In this document: piece by piece, positions 27,993-36,949 of the stretch
How the letters are laid out: every line of letters starts with the position of its first letter
Numbering within the stretch: position 1 is the stretch's first letter
Source: an uncultured delta proteobacterium
Lineage (GTDB): Bacteria; Desulfobacterota; Binatia; Binatales; Binataceae
Assembly: GCA_963711565.1 (NCBI GenBank)
Contig: CAVQEQ010000003.1
Span: 672,001-736,000 of the forward strand
Direction of reading: 5' to 3'
Length of the DNA: 64,000 nucleotides
Translations under genes and position numbers: made by a program
Notes under the pieces: model-generated
Databases searched by the model: none
Told to the model about the DNA's origin: nothing
The model's input: only the letters and a program-made list of their open reading frames with translations

Positions 27993-29231
27993 ATGCAAAT
28001 GAATGTGAAGCCGATCCCGACGCTCAACCCCCGCATCAACGAGATCCGCGCGCTCACGGCGCAGATCGTCAATCGCGATATCCTGCCCAATGAAAAGAAG
28101 CTGTGGGCGGGATACCGCGAGGGCGGAACAGACGACGAGCGGCGCAGCTCGCGCGAGTTGCGGGAGTCGGTCAAGGAGAAGGTGAAGAAGGCGGGCCTGT
28201 GGGCGCCGCATCTGCCGCCCGAGTACGGCGGCTCCGGCCTCGGTTTCCTCGAGCATGCGTACATGAACGAGGTGCTCGCCTACAGCATGGGAGCTGCGGC
28301 GCTGTTCGGCGTGGTCGCGCCCAATTCGGGCAACCAGTCGATACTGCTCAAGTACGGCACCGAGGAGCAGAAGCGCAAATGGCTGGTGCCGCTCACCGAA
28401 GGCAAAATGGAATCCGGCTTCTCGATGACGGAGCCGGACTCGGCCGGATCCGATCCGCGGTCGATCAAGACGACGGCGGTCCGCGACGGCGACCAGTGGG
28501 TGATCAACGGGCACAAATGGTTCACGTCGAACGGGTTTCGCGCCGACTTCCTGATCGTCATGTGCCGCACCGGCGGCAGCGGCGCCGATAACGGGCGCAT
28601 GACTCAGATAATCGTGCCCAAGAACACGCCGGGCCTGCGCATCGTGCGCGGCGTCGAGGTCTGGGGGCATCGGAGCGACCATTGCGAGATCGTGTACGAC
28701 GACGTGCGGGTGCCGCTCAGCAATCAGCTCGGCCAGGCGGGCTCGGGGCATCAGGCGGCGCAGGATCGCCTCGGCGCGGGACGCGTCTATCACTGCATGA
28801 ACTCGATCGGTCAGATGTGGCGGGCCTTCGACCTGATGGTCGAGCGCGCTACGATGCGCGAGGTGCACGGCGGCAAGCTCGAGACCAAGCAGTTCATCCA
28901 GGGCTTCATCGCCGATTCGTATATCGACATTCAGGCGGCGCGCCTGATGACGATCCACTGCGCTGAGCGGATGGACAGCAACAACGACCCGCGCACCGAC
29001 ATCTCGGCAATCAAGGTTTTCGTCCCTGCGGCCTTCGAGCGGGTGGTCGATCGGGCAATCCAAGTGTGGGGCGCGGCGGGCGTCTCAGGCGACCTGCCAC
29101 TGGCAGGAATGTACCAGGGCGCGCGCACGCTACGGCTCGCCGACGGCCCCGACGAGGTGCATAGGATTCTGATCGCGAAGAACGTTCTGTCGCATTATCA
29201 CAATGGGGAGGGCTGGGACTTCGGGAATTGA
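27993..29231 (+). CDS. Acyl-CoA dehydrogenase family protein
   Basis: FSMTEPDSAGSDP, INGHKWFTS, AIQVWGAAG, RLADGPDEVH. Confidence 0.95.
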   Translation: MQMNVKPIPTLNPRINEIRALTAQIVNRDILPNEKKLWAGYREGGTDDERRSSRELRESVKEKVKKAGLWAPHLPPEYGGSGLGFLEHAYMNEVLAYSMGAAALFGVVAPNSGNQSILLKYGTEEQKRKWLVPLTEGKMESGFSMTEPDSAGSDPRSIKTTAVRDGDQWVINGHKWFTSNGFRADFLIVMCRTGGSGADNGRMTQIIVPKNTPGLRIVRGVEVWGHRSDHCEIVYDDVRVPLSNQLGQAGSGHQAAQDRLGAGRVYHCMNSIGQMWRAFDLMVERATMREVHGGKLETKQFIQGFIADSYIDIQAARLMTIHCAERMDSNNDPRTDISAIKVFVPAAFERVVDRAIQVWGAAGVSGDLPLAGMYQGARTLRLADGPDEVHRILIAKNVLSHYHNGEGWDFGN

Positions 29232-29332
29232 GGGGGTCGGCGCGGGGGATACCGAATTTCATGGTTCACGATGATCGCGGTCGGTCTTTTCATGTTCGGC
29301 GAAGGACGCTAAGTCATGCAGGCGGGTGAATC

Positions 29333-29348
29333 TGGCACCGATGATGCT
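29333..29348 (+). promoter_or_regulatory. Putative sigma54 (-24/-12) promoter
   Basis: TGGCAC-CGATGA-TGCT with canonical 10-nt GG..GC spacing, 27 nt upstream of ORF 29376. Confidence 0.55.
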
Positions 29349-29375
29349 TCGTACTACGATTAGGAGGGAGTTCGC

Positions 29376-29717
29376 ATGAAACTCAAAGCAAAGCTGATTA
29401 TGACCTTGTTGGGTGGTACGATTTTGGCGTTGCCACTGACGCCGCCGGCATTTGCCGAGCCGTCGTACGGCACGAATTCCAACTATATCGAGCGCGTCGA
29501 TTGGTGGTGGGATAATCATGGCCACGACGCCAACGACTACGCGAATTATGGTTGGCATCACGGGTCCTACGAGTACCACGGTCATAAATATGCCTGCCGA
29601 CGCGCGCGCGGGCTCCAGACCCAGGTCTGGCAAGATCGGCACTCGGGACATCCTGCCGCGGCAAACGATGTAGCGGAAGAAGCGGCAGCCGCGCGAGCCG
29701 CCTGCTATAACCGATAG
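29376..29717 (+). CDS. Small secreted His/Trp/Tyr-rich hypothetical protein
   Basis: AGGAGG RBS, signal peptide ending AFA, two Cys. Confidence 0.75.
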   Translation: MKLKAKLIMTLLGGTILALPLTPPAFAEPSYGTNSNYIERVDWWWDNHGHDANDYANYGWHHGSYEYHGHKYACRRARGLQTQVWQDRHSGHPAAANDVAEEAAAARAACYNR

Positions 29718-29867
29718 CGGTAGCGTCCTGGTTTGATTTCCGAGCGCCTCGCTTCAGCGCGAGGCGCTTGGATTTCCGTTTTGCGACTGGTAGCGCACCG
29801 CCCCGAGGCTGTCCTGTTTCATTACGCGCCGCGGTTTGCAGACGCCGAGGGTTGGGTTCGCCGAGGA

Positions 29868-30863
29868 TCAGCCGCCGATTTGGTACATCGACCTGTCCTG
29901 CGTCGAGCGGCCTTCTAGCAGGTGGTGGCCGGTCGGCTTTAGTTCGACCGCGCGTTTCAGGATTCTTGCGACATCCGCGATCACATCGGCTGAATTCGAG
30001 CGCAGGGCTTTGCGGACGTCGAGTTCGTCGTCGTTGAGCAGGCACAGGTGGAATTTTCCGTCCGCCGTCAGGCGCATCCGGTTGCACGTGCCGCAGTAGG
30101 GCTCGCTGACGGGGCTGATGAAGCCGACGACGCCGCGCGCGCCTCGCAGATGATAGTTGCGCGATTCGTCGGCGAGGTTCTCCGACGGCATTTCAGTGAG
30201 CGGGCCCAGCGCCGACTCGATTCTGCGCCGCGTCTCGATATTCGAGACGTAGCGCTTCATCGACAGCCGCGCACATTCGCCGCCGCCGAGCGGCATCAGC
30301 TCGATAAACCGCACGTGCCAGTCGCGCTCGACCGTCAGCCGAGCCAGCTCGATGACGTCGGCTTCGTTGTAGCCAGCCGTCACCACCGCGTTGAGCTTGA
30401 TCGGCGTCAGCCCCGCCTCTTCGGCCGCGACGATCCCGCGCCAGATTTTCTCGAAGCTGCCCCATCGCATCTGCCGCTCGACGGTCGCGGGGTCCAGGCT
30501 GTCGAGATGCACGTTGATACGATTCAGCCCGGCGCGTTTTAGCGGACGCGCCAATTCGGTGAGCAGGAGCGCGTTGGTGGTCAGCGCCAGGCCGTCCACG
30601 CTGGGCACGCGCGCGAGCCGCTCGACGATTTCGACGAGATCGAGCCGCAATGTCGGCTCGCCGCCCGTCAGCCGGAATTTCCGAAAGCCCACGCTCACGG
30701 CGGCGCGCGCGACGGTTTCGAACTCAGTCGGCGTGAGCAGCTCGTCCTTGGGGATAAAGCGCAAGCCCTCGAGCGGCATACAGTAAACGCAGCGCAGGTT
30801 GCATGCGTCGATTACCGATAACCGCAGGTAGTCTATTTCACGATTGAACGAGTCGCGGGGCAC
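29868..30863 (-). CDS. moaA: GTP 3',8-cyclase MoaA (radical SAM)
   Basis: YLRLSVIDACNLRCVYCM, CGTCNRMRLTADGKFHLCL, C-terminal IGG; GTG start assumed. Confidence 0.95.
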   Translation of the reverse strand: MPRDSFNREIDYLRLSVIDACNLRCVYCMPLEGLRFIPKDELLTPTEFETVARAAVSVGFRKFRLTGGEPTLRLDLVEIVERLARVPSVDGLALTTNALLLTELARPLKRAGLNRINVHLDSLDPATVERQMRWGSFEKIWRGIVAAEEAGLTPIKLNAVVTAGYNEADVIELARLTVERDWHVRFIELMPLGGGECARLSMKRYVSNIETRRRIESALGPLTEMPSENLADESRNYHLRGARGVVGFISPVSEPYCGTCNRMRLTADGKFHLCLLNDDELDVRKALRSNSADVIADVARILKRAVELKPTGHHLLEGRSTQDRSMYQIGG

Positions 30864-30988
30864 AAGCCCATAGTTATCGGAGCATCCCGCGCGAAACAAC
30901 TTGGGGCGCCAGGCGGTGCAGGCTCAATCTTGCCAATTCGCCCGCGGCGCTTATTATCATTGGTATCGTGACAAACAATTGCGTGAAT

Positions 30989-31648
30989 ATGATTTGTCGA
31001 ACGCGCGGGAAATCGCGAGTGAGCCTGGCGCTCGCAATCGCGATCGCCGCGTTGGGAACCCTCGCGATCGGATCGTCGAGCTATGCCGCTGAAGCCGATC
31101 GCGCCGAGTCCGACGCGGTCGTTGCCGAGGCGGAAAAGCTCGTGATGCAGGCCGGGCAGGCCGATCCGGTCAATACGAATTTGATTCACCAGGCAATGGA
31201 CAAGCTGCATCTGGCGCTGAAAATCGATCCGCACAACGACGCGGCCTACGTGGACCTCGGCTTCTGCTACGGCGTTTTGCGCGACGGCGCAACCGCGATC
31301 GACATGTACCGCACGGCGACCGAGCTGAATCCGTCGGGCAGCAACTTTATCGAGCTGGCGGACATTTATATGCGGGTCGGCGACTCTGAAGATGCGTTGC
31401 TGGCGGCCAACGCCGGACTCGTCAAGGATCCTTCCAACGCGCGGCTCTACAACGCCAAGGGCATGGCGCTGAACGATTTGCAGCGTTTCGACGAAGCCGA
31501 AGAAGCATGGGAGAAAGCGCTGCGGCTCAATCCCAATCTGAAAGTCGCGCAGGCAAATCTAGACGCGCTAAACGGCGGCCCGAACGGCCGCGGCAGCATC
31601 AGCAAGCATCCAGCGCAAGCGCCGCCGCAATCCAGCCCGCTGCAGTGA
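30989..31648 (+). CDS. Secreted tetratricopeptide repeat protein
   Basis: Signal peptide and TPR-like helices (AYVDLG..., YNAKGMAL...ALRLNP). Confidence 0.85.
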   Translation: MICRTRGKSRVSLALAIAIAALGTLAIGSSSYAAEADRAESDAVVAEAEKLVMQAGQADPVNTNLIHQAMDKLHLALKIDPHNDAAYVDLGFCYGVLRDGATAIDMYRTATELNPSGSNFIELADIYMRVGDSEDALLAANAGLVKDPSNARLYNAKGMALNDLQRFDEAEEAWEKALRLNPNLKVAQANLDALNGGPNGRGSISKHPAQAPPQSSPLQ

Positions 31649-31676
31649 GAACGCGCGACGGCGAATCCCGAGATGT

Positions 31677-31708
31677 GAAAGGCCGAGCGATCGCGGCCCG
31701 GCCTTTTC
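31677..31708. terminator. Putative bidirectional intrinsic terminator
   Basis: AAAGGCCG...CGGCCTTTT hairpin between convergent genes. Confidence 0.55.
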
Positions 31709-31728
31709 AATTTCCAATAGACCGTTTA

Positions 31729-31875
31729 TCACCTGTAAGCGGCAGTGCGCTCAGGTCCGGCTTCTCGGCGGTCGCGCGCGACTCGAAGCCTAGAGCGGAT
31801 GACGGAAACGATTCCCACGATCGCCACGAACAGCGCGAATCCAGCAGGAACCGCAAAATCTCTGAGTGCTTCCAT
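31729..31875 (-). CDS. Small single-TM hypothetical protein (48 aa)
   Basis: MEALRDFAVPAGFALFVAIVGIVSVIR, immediately downstream of the DUF971 gene. Confidence 0.45.
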   Translation of the reverse strand: MEALRDFAVPAGFALFVAIVGIVSVIRSRLRVARDRREAGPERTAAYR

Positions 31876-31883
31876 CTTCAGAT

Positions 31884-32219
31884 CTAGCCGCCGGTGATTG
31901 GGCGCTCGGGCTCCGCCACGCAGTACGCACATCGGCAGAGGCTTCTGAGCTGCGGCATCGTGTAGATAGTCTCGTGGCCGTCAACCCATCCGATAAACAC
32001 CGCCGCTTCGCCCAACCGCGATAGCTGCCGCATCCGGAGCGACGCGGGCGGCACGTCGCCGTTGACGTTGCCCTTGCACGCGTCGCACAGACATCCGCGG
32101 CGCAAATTTTCCAGCGGGAAAATGCTGTCGTGACCGTCAACCCATTGCACGCCGACGGCGTAGCGCCCCACTTCGTGCAGCCCTTTGATCTTCGGAGTCT
32201 TTGACTTTATCAACGCCAT
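31884..32219 (-). CDS. DUF971/GBBH-N-like protein with two CxCxxC motifs
   Basis: VGRYAVGVQWVDGHDS..LRRGCLCDAC and WVDGHETIY..LRSLCRCAYC. Confidence 0.8.
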   Translation of the reverse strand: MALIKSKTPKIKGLHEVGRYAVGVQWVDGHDSIFPLENLRRGCLCDACKGNVNGDVPPASLRMRQLSRLGEAAVFIGWVDGHETIYTMPQLRSLCRCAYCVAEPERPITGG

Positions 32220-32300
32220 CCGTGCAGTCTCTGCTTGAGTATAACCCTCGCTCCGCCCAGTGTGGAGACGCTGTATTTTGGAAAAAGGAGAACTCGATCC

Positions 32301-32777
32301 ATGGATGAAAAAGCAAAAAAGCAATCGCTGTTGATGATTCCGTACGGCGTGTTCGTGCTCGGCGCGGCTCACGGCGGCACGGCCACCGCGGCGACCGTCA
32401 ACTGGGTCACGCAAGCCAGCTTCAACCCGCCGCTGGTGGTGGTCGGGATCAAGAAGGATTCGGGCTCGCATGCGATGGTGAAAGAATCGAAGAAGTTTGC
32501 GCTGTCGATGCTCGCGTCGGGACAGAAAGGGATCGCGGGCGCGTTTTTTCGACACGTCGAGCCCAAGGACGGCAAATTCGGTGACTTCGCGTTTGAGACG
32601 GGCGCCAACGGCGCGCCGATCATCAGCGACGCGCCGGCGTCGGTGGAATGCGACGTCGTCGGCTTCTACGAGCTCGGCGATCACAGCGTCGTCGTCGGCA
32701 AGGTCACCGAGGCGCACGTCAAGCGCGACGCGGACGCGCTGACGATGAAAGAGACCGGATGGAACTACGGCGGCTGA
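32301..32777 (+). CDS. Flavin reductase-like (FMN-binding split barrel) protein
   Basis: WVTQASFNPPLV, GDHSVVVGKV, WNYGG; AAGGAG RBS. Confidence 0.9.
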   Translation: MDEKAKKQSLLMIPYGVFVLGAAHGGTATAATVNWVTQASFNPPLVVVGIKKDSGSHAMVKESKKFALSMLASGQKGIAGAFFRHVEPKDGKFGDFAFETGANGAPIISDAPASVECDVVGFYELGDHSVVVGKVTEAHVKRDADALTMKETGWNYGG

Positions 32778-32812
32778 GCGGGAGCAGCGAAGGGAAAATC
32801 ACGCTATCGAAT

Positions 32813-32835
32813 GTGAAACCCACCGTGGGTTTCAC
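32813..32835. repeat. Perfect 11-bp inverted repeat, possible operator
   Basis: GTGAAACCCAC-C-GTGGGTTTCAC. Confidence 0.6.
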
Positions 32836-32877
32836 GCTTCCTTGGGCAGGGGTGACCCCTGCACCCAGTATCAAGAA

Positions 32878-33948
32878 ATGACGCGGGCGGATTTTACCCT
32901 CGACGAAGTGCGCGACGCGCTCGAGCGGCTGACCGCCAATGCCGGCCGCGAGCTGCTCGCCAAGCGGCCGCATTGGGGCGACGCGATCCTGTGTGACGGG
33001 CTCCTCTATGCGGCTCGCGTGCTGAAATCCGATGTACCTGTCGAGGCGGCTGAGCGATGGTTCGCGCCGAAGCTGGCGGCCGGTCCGCGCACCAGCGGAT
33101 GGTTCTGGTTCTGGGCAGCCGAAGCGCTGCCGGCGCTCGACCTTTATCTGAAGACGAGCGATCCGCGCTGCCTGGAATATGCGCGCGCGATCGTAGATTT
33201 CGTGGAACATTCGGCGGCGCGAACTCCCGACGGTGCTTTCGTGCCGCATCCGCCGGCGCTCGAAGTCTGGATTGACGTCTGCTATTTCACCGCCCCCGCA
33301 ATTGCATTGCTCGGCCGGATCTCGGGCGACGCTGCGATGCTCGAAGCTGCGGCGGATCAGATGATCCTGCATCGCGATCATCTGATCGATCCGGCCAGCG
33401 GACTTTTCTGGCACGTCGCATACGTTGACCAAAAATCGCATTCGCAATGCTTGTGGGCGCGCGGCAATAGCTGGTTCTCGATTGCGGCGCCGCAAGTGCT
33501 CGCCGAAATCGAGGCTGGAGGCGTGACTCAACGACTCGCAGCAAAGGTCGAGAAGATTCGCGACGCTCTTGCGCGTCAGCTCAACAAGATCGTGTCGCTG
33601 CAGGATGATTCCGGACTGTGGCATACCGTAGTCGATCGCGAGGATTCGTACCTCGAGGCGTCGGCGGCGGCAGGATTCGCACTCGCGCTCGGGCGCGCGC
33701 TTCGGACTCGTCTGCCCGGTCTCGACGAGGCGCGCGCACGTGCCGCGTACTCACGCGCGCTTGGCGCGATTTGCGCGAAGATAGATGCGCGCGGCGCATT
33801 CACCGGCGTGTCGCAGCAAACGCCGCCGGGCGACTTTGCTTTTTACAATTCGATCGAAATCGGAACGGCGCCGTTCGCGACCGGCGTATGCATGATGGCG
33901 CTCAGCGAGGCGCTTGAGACAGGAACATGGCCAACAAGAAAGTCGTAG
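32878..33948 (+). CDS. Glycoside hydrolase family 88/105-like protein
   Basis: VWIDVCYF, GLFWH, WARGNSW, GLWHTVVD..SYLEASAAA. Confidence 0.82.
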   Translation: MTRADFTLDEVRDALERLTANAGRELLAKRPHWGDAILCDGLLYAARVLKSDVPVEAAERWFAPKLAAGPRTSGWFWFWAAEALPALDLYLKTSDPRCLEYARAIVDFVEHSAARTPDGAFVPHPPALEVWIDVCYFTAPAIALLGRISGDAAMLEAAADQMILHRDHLIDPASGLFWHVAYVDQKSHSQCLWARGNSWFSIAAPQVLAEIEAGGVTQRLAAKVEKIRDALARQLNKIVSLQDDSGLWHTVVDREDSYLEASAAAGFALALGRALRTRLPGLDEARARAAYSRALGAICAKIDARGAFTGVSQQTPPGDFAFYNSIEIGTAPFATGVCMMALSEALETGTWPTRKS

Positions 33949-34982
33949 TGATCCCGGGCGACGATGCGGCGCCGGAGGCGATGGGCGCGACGATGGACGT
34001 GCTGCGCGCGCTGAAACTTCCGATCGATTACGTCGAATTTCCGCCCGGCGAAAAATGGGTGCGCGGCGAGACCGACGCGGCCGCGCGCAAAGCAATCGAC
34101 GCGTCCGACACGACGCTGTTCGGCTCCACGTCGGGCAAGACCACCGCTATCAACTACTTGCGATGGGGCAAGCAGACGTTCGCCAATGTGCGGCCAGTGC
34201 GCTACTCGAAGGGATTCCACAGCCCGCTCGCCAAACCTGACGGAATCGACTTCGTAATTGTGCGGGAGAATCTCGAGGACCTCTACCTCGGGCTCGAAGG
34301 TCCGCTCGAAGCGCTCGCGCCGCTGAAGCTGATGAGCAAAATTCTACGCGCGCCGCTCGATACGTCCGAGCGCGGCGTCTATGCGATCAAAGTGATCACC
34401 GAGCGCGCGACGCGGCGCGTCGCCGAGTTCGCGTGCCGGCTTGCGATCAAGCGCAAGCGCGCGGGCGGGATGGGCAAGCTCACGTGCACGTCGAAGTACA
34501 ACATGCTGCGCGAGTCCGACGGGCTGTTTCGCAAAATCGTCGAGGAGACGGCGAGTAAGTATCCCGAAATAAAGTACGAACAGTTCATCGTCAACGACTT
34601 CGCGCGACGCCTTGTGCAATCGCCGCACGATCTGGACGTGGTGGTCGCGCCGAATCTCTACGGCGACATCCTGTCCGACGCGGCCGCCGGTATTATCGGC
34701 GGGCTGGGGCTGGCGCCGAGCGGATGCTACGGCGCCGACTACGCCTACTTCGAGTCGGTGCACGGCACCGCGCCCGACATCATGGGGATGGGAATTATAA
34801 ATCCTTCGGCGACGATGCTTTCGGCCGCATTGATGCTCGATTACCTCGGCTTCAGCGCTGACGCGTCGCGACTCGATGCCGCCGTGCGCAAGGTTTACGC
34901 CGACGGCCGCGCACTGCCTCCCGACCAGGGCGGCAGCGCGAAGACCGCGGAGTTCACGCGCGCGGTAGTCGCGAATCTGTAG
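33927..34982 (+). CDS. Isocitrate/isopropylmalate dehydrogenase family protein
   Basis: VIPGD, IVRENLED, PNLYGDILSD, FESVHGTAPDI. Confidence 0.9.
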   Translation: MANKKVVVIPGDDAAPEAMGATMDVLRALKLPIDYVEFPPGEKWVRGETDAAARKAIDASDTTLFGSTSGKTTAINYLRWGKQTFANVRPVRYSKGFHSPLAKPDGIDFVIVRENLEDLYLGLEGPLEALAPLKLMSKILRAPLDTSERGVYAIKVITERATRRVAEFACRLAIKRKRAGGMGKLTCTSKYNMLRESDGLFRKIVEETASKYPEIKYEQFIVNDFARRLVQSPHDLDVVVAPNLYGDILSDAAAGIIGGLGLAPSGCYGADYAYFESVHGTAPDIMGMGIINPSATMLSAALMLDYLGFSADASRLDAAVRKVYADGRALPPDQGGSAKTAEFTRAVVANL

Positions 34983-34994
34983 CTACCGGCCCGA

Positions 34995-35252
34995 TCAATC
35001 GCCGTGCTGTTCATTCTGAATGTGGTTGCCGACCGCGAATCCTGTCGCGCCGCCGGCGACGCCGCCGATAGCCGCACCGGCGAGAGGAGCACCGACTGCG
35101 GAACCGACAACCGCTCCTCCGACGGCGCCCACGCCGGTGCCGACCAGAGTTCCTTTCTCGCGGGTCGAGAGCGGCTGCCCATAGCATCCCGCCAACGAAG
35201 CAGTCAGCGTCATCGCGCCGATAACGGTGGTAAATGTTTTATTCAGCTTCAT
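34995..35252 (-). CDS. Glycine-zipper lipoprotein
   Basis: Lipobox LAGC, GxxxG glycine zipper. Confidence 0.8.
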   Translation of the reverse strand: MKLNKTFTTVIGAMTLTASLAGCYGQPLSTREKGTLVGTGVGAVGGAVVGSAVGAPLAGAAIGGVAGGATGFAVGNHIQNEQHGD

Positions 35253-35265
35253 GAAGTTAGTAGTG

Positions 35266-35281
35266 TGCATCATCAATGCCA
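35266..35281 (-). promoter_or_regulatory. Putative sigma54 promoter
   Basis: TGGCAT-TGATGA-TGCA on the minus strand, just upstream of the lipoprotein start. Confidence 0.5.
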
Positions 35282-35457
35282 GCTAAAAATCTTGGGCAAA
35301 GACTCGTGAGACGAGGAACCGGTGCGAAAGCGGCAAAAGTTACCGCACTGAGAAAGTGACTGCGCGGCGATACCAATAGTAGGTTAGAACCCCGCCGCCA
35401 ACGGGCATGGGTAGTAACGAATCAGAAGAACCGGTCCGAAACAGAGGCACAATTGAT

Positions 35458-36456
35458 ATGTCCAATTTTACATGGCCGCAGGGCCGCTCGGTAAAGATCG
35501 CGCCGCGTGCGAATCAGCATGCGATAAGTCTTACAATTCACGAAACGGGTGACGGGCCGGCGGTGGTTTTCTGCCATGGATTTCCGGAGCTGGCCTATTC
35601 GTGGCGGCATCAGTTGCCGGTGGTCGCGGCCGCGGGCTTTCGCGCTATCGCTCCCGATCAGCGGGGATACGCGGAGTCGAGTGCGCCGCCCGCGGTCACT
35701 GACTACGGCCTTACCGAGCTGACGGGCGACATGGCGGGGATGCTCGACGCGCTGAAGATCGAGCGCGCGATTTTCGTCGGCCACGATTGGGGCGGCTTCG
35801 TCGCGTGGGCGATGCCGGTGCTGTATCCGGAGCGGACGGCGGGCGTCGTCGGAGTATGCACGCCGTACATGGCGATCCCGCCTACGTCGGTCATGCGCGC
35901 GATGGTCAACGGCAAGGACGAGCGCATGTACATCCTCTGGTTCCAGGAACCCGGGCGGGCTGAGAGCGTGATGGATCGGCAAGCGCGGTTGATCTTCGAT
36001 CGCCTGATGCGCGCGCCGCTCTCACCGGAGGAATCGGCCAAGCGTGCGATGGCGAGCGGCGAGCTGGACATGAACCCGTTTCGGCGGATCGAAGAATTGA
36101 AGGCGGAAACTCCGACGATTGTCACGCAAGAAGAACTCGACACCTACGTGCACGCATACGAGGAGAGCGGGTTTCGCGGCGGGATCAACTGGTATCGGAA
36201 CATCGATCGCAATTCGCGCGAGCATCCTGAGATCGGCGTCGCCAAGCTGACCTTGCCGTGCCTGATGATCACCGCCGAGTGGGACGGCGCGCTGCCACCG
36301 CGGATGGCGGCCGGAATGCCGGCGCTATGCTCGGACCTGGAGATGCACAACGTCGAGCGCGCGGGGCATTGGGTGCAGCAGGAATTTCCGGACGCGGTGA
36401 ATCAGACGATCGTGGATTGGCTGCGGCGGCGGTTCAAGAAGATAGGCTCATCTTGA
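35458..36456 (+). CDS. Epoxide hydrolase-like alpha/beta hydrolase
   Basis: HGFPE, PDQRGY, GHDWG, NWYRN, GHWVQQE. Confidence 0.92.
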   Translation: MSNFTWPQGRSVKIAPRANQHAISLTIHETGDGPAVVFCHGFPELAYSWRHQLPVVAAAGFRAIAPDQRGYAESSAPPAVTDYGLTELTGDMAGMLDALKIERAIFVGHDWGGFVAWAMPVLYPERTAGVVGVCTPYMAIPPTSVMRAMVNGKDERMYILWFQEPGRAESVMDRQARLIFDRLMRAPLSPEESAKRAMASGELDMNPFRRIEELKAETPTIVTQEELDTYVHAYEESGFRGGINWYRNIDRNSREHPEIGVAKLTLPCLMITAEWDGALPPRMAAGMPALCSDLEMHNVERAGHWVQQEFPDAVNQTIVDWLRRRFKKIGSS

Positions 36457-36561
36457 TTGTTGCTTGAGTCGCAGTACCCTCACCGCCGGCCGCGATGCGG
36501 CCAGCCGCCTCTCCCGTGAAATAACGGGCGAGGTAAGACCGGAGCCTCAACGCGCTGGCGA

Positions 36562-36942
36562 CTACCTGGTGTAGTCGAAGATTTCGTGCTCTTCGGTGAA
36601 GAAGATCGATGAGCGCTCGAAATCGATAAACTTCGATTCGTCCTCGAGCAGTGCGCGCGCGGCCTCCGCGCGTTCCTCGACGGCACCGCCGGAGCTGAAA
36701 TCCTCGAGACTGTCCCACCATACCTCGGTGATGCCGTCGTAGGTCTCTTTCATCTTGGGGCGAGTGTTGCGGATTTGCTTGCCCGCGTCTTCGGAGACGG
36801 TGTGACTGTGCACGTATTTCTTCGCGCGCATCGATTTCGCAAAGCCGCGTACCAGCGGACCGTGGTGCTTGAGCCAGTACTCGTGGAAATCTTTTTCGGA
36901 GATATCAGCGCGCTTTCGGACTATGTAAACGAGTTTGAGCAT
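36562..36942 (-). CDS. EthD domain protein
   Basis: FHEYWLKHHGPLV, YDGITEVWWDS, DESKFID; GAGG RBS. Confidence 0.85.
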   Translation of the reverse strand: MLKLVYIVRKRADISEKDFHEYWLKHHGPLVRGFAKSMRAKKYVHSHTVSEDAGKQIRNTRPKMKETYDGITEVWWDSLEDFSSGGAVEERAEAARALLEDESKFIDFERSSIFFTEEHEIFDYTR

Positions 36943-36949
36943 TGCAACC

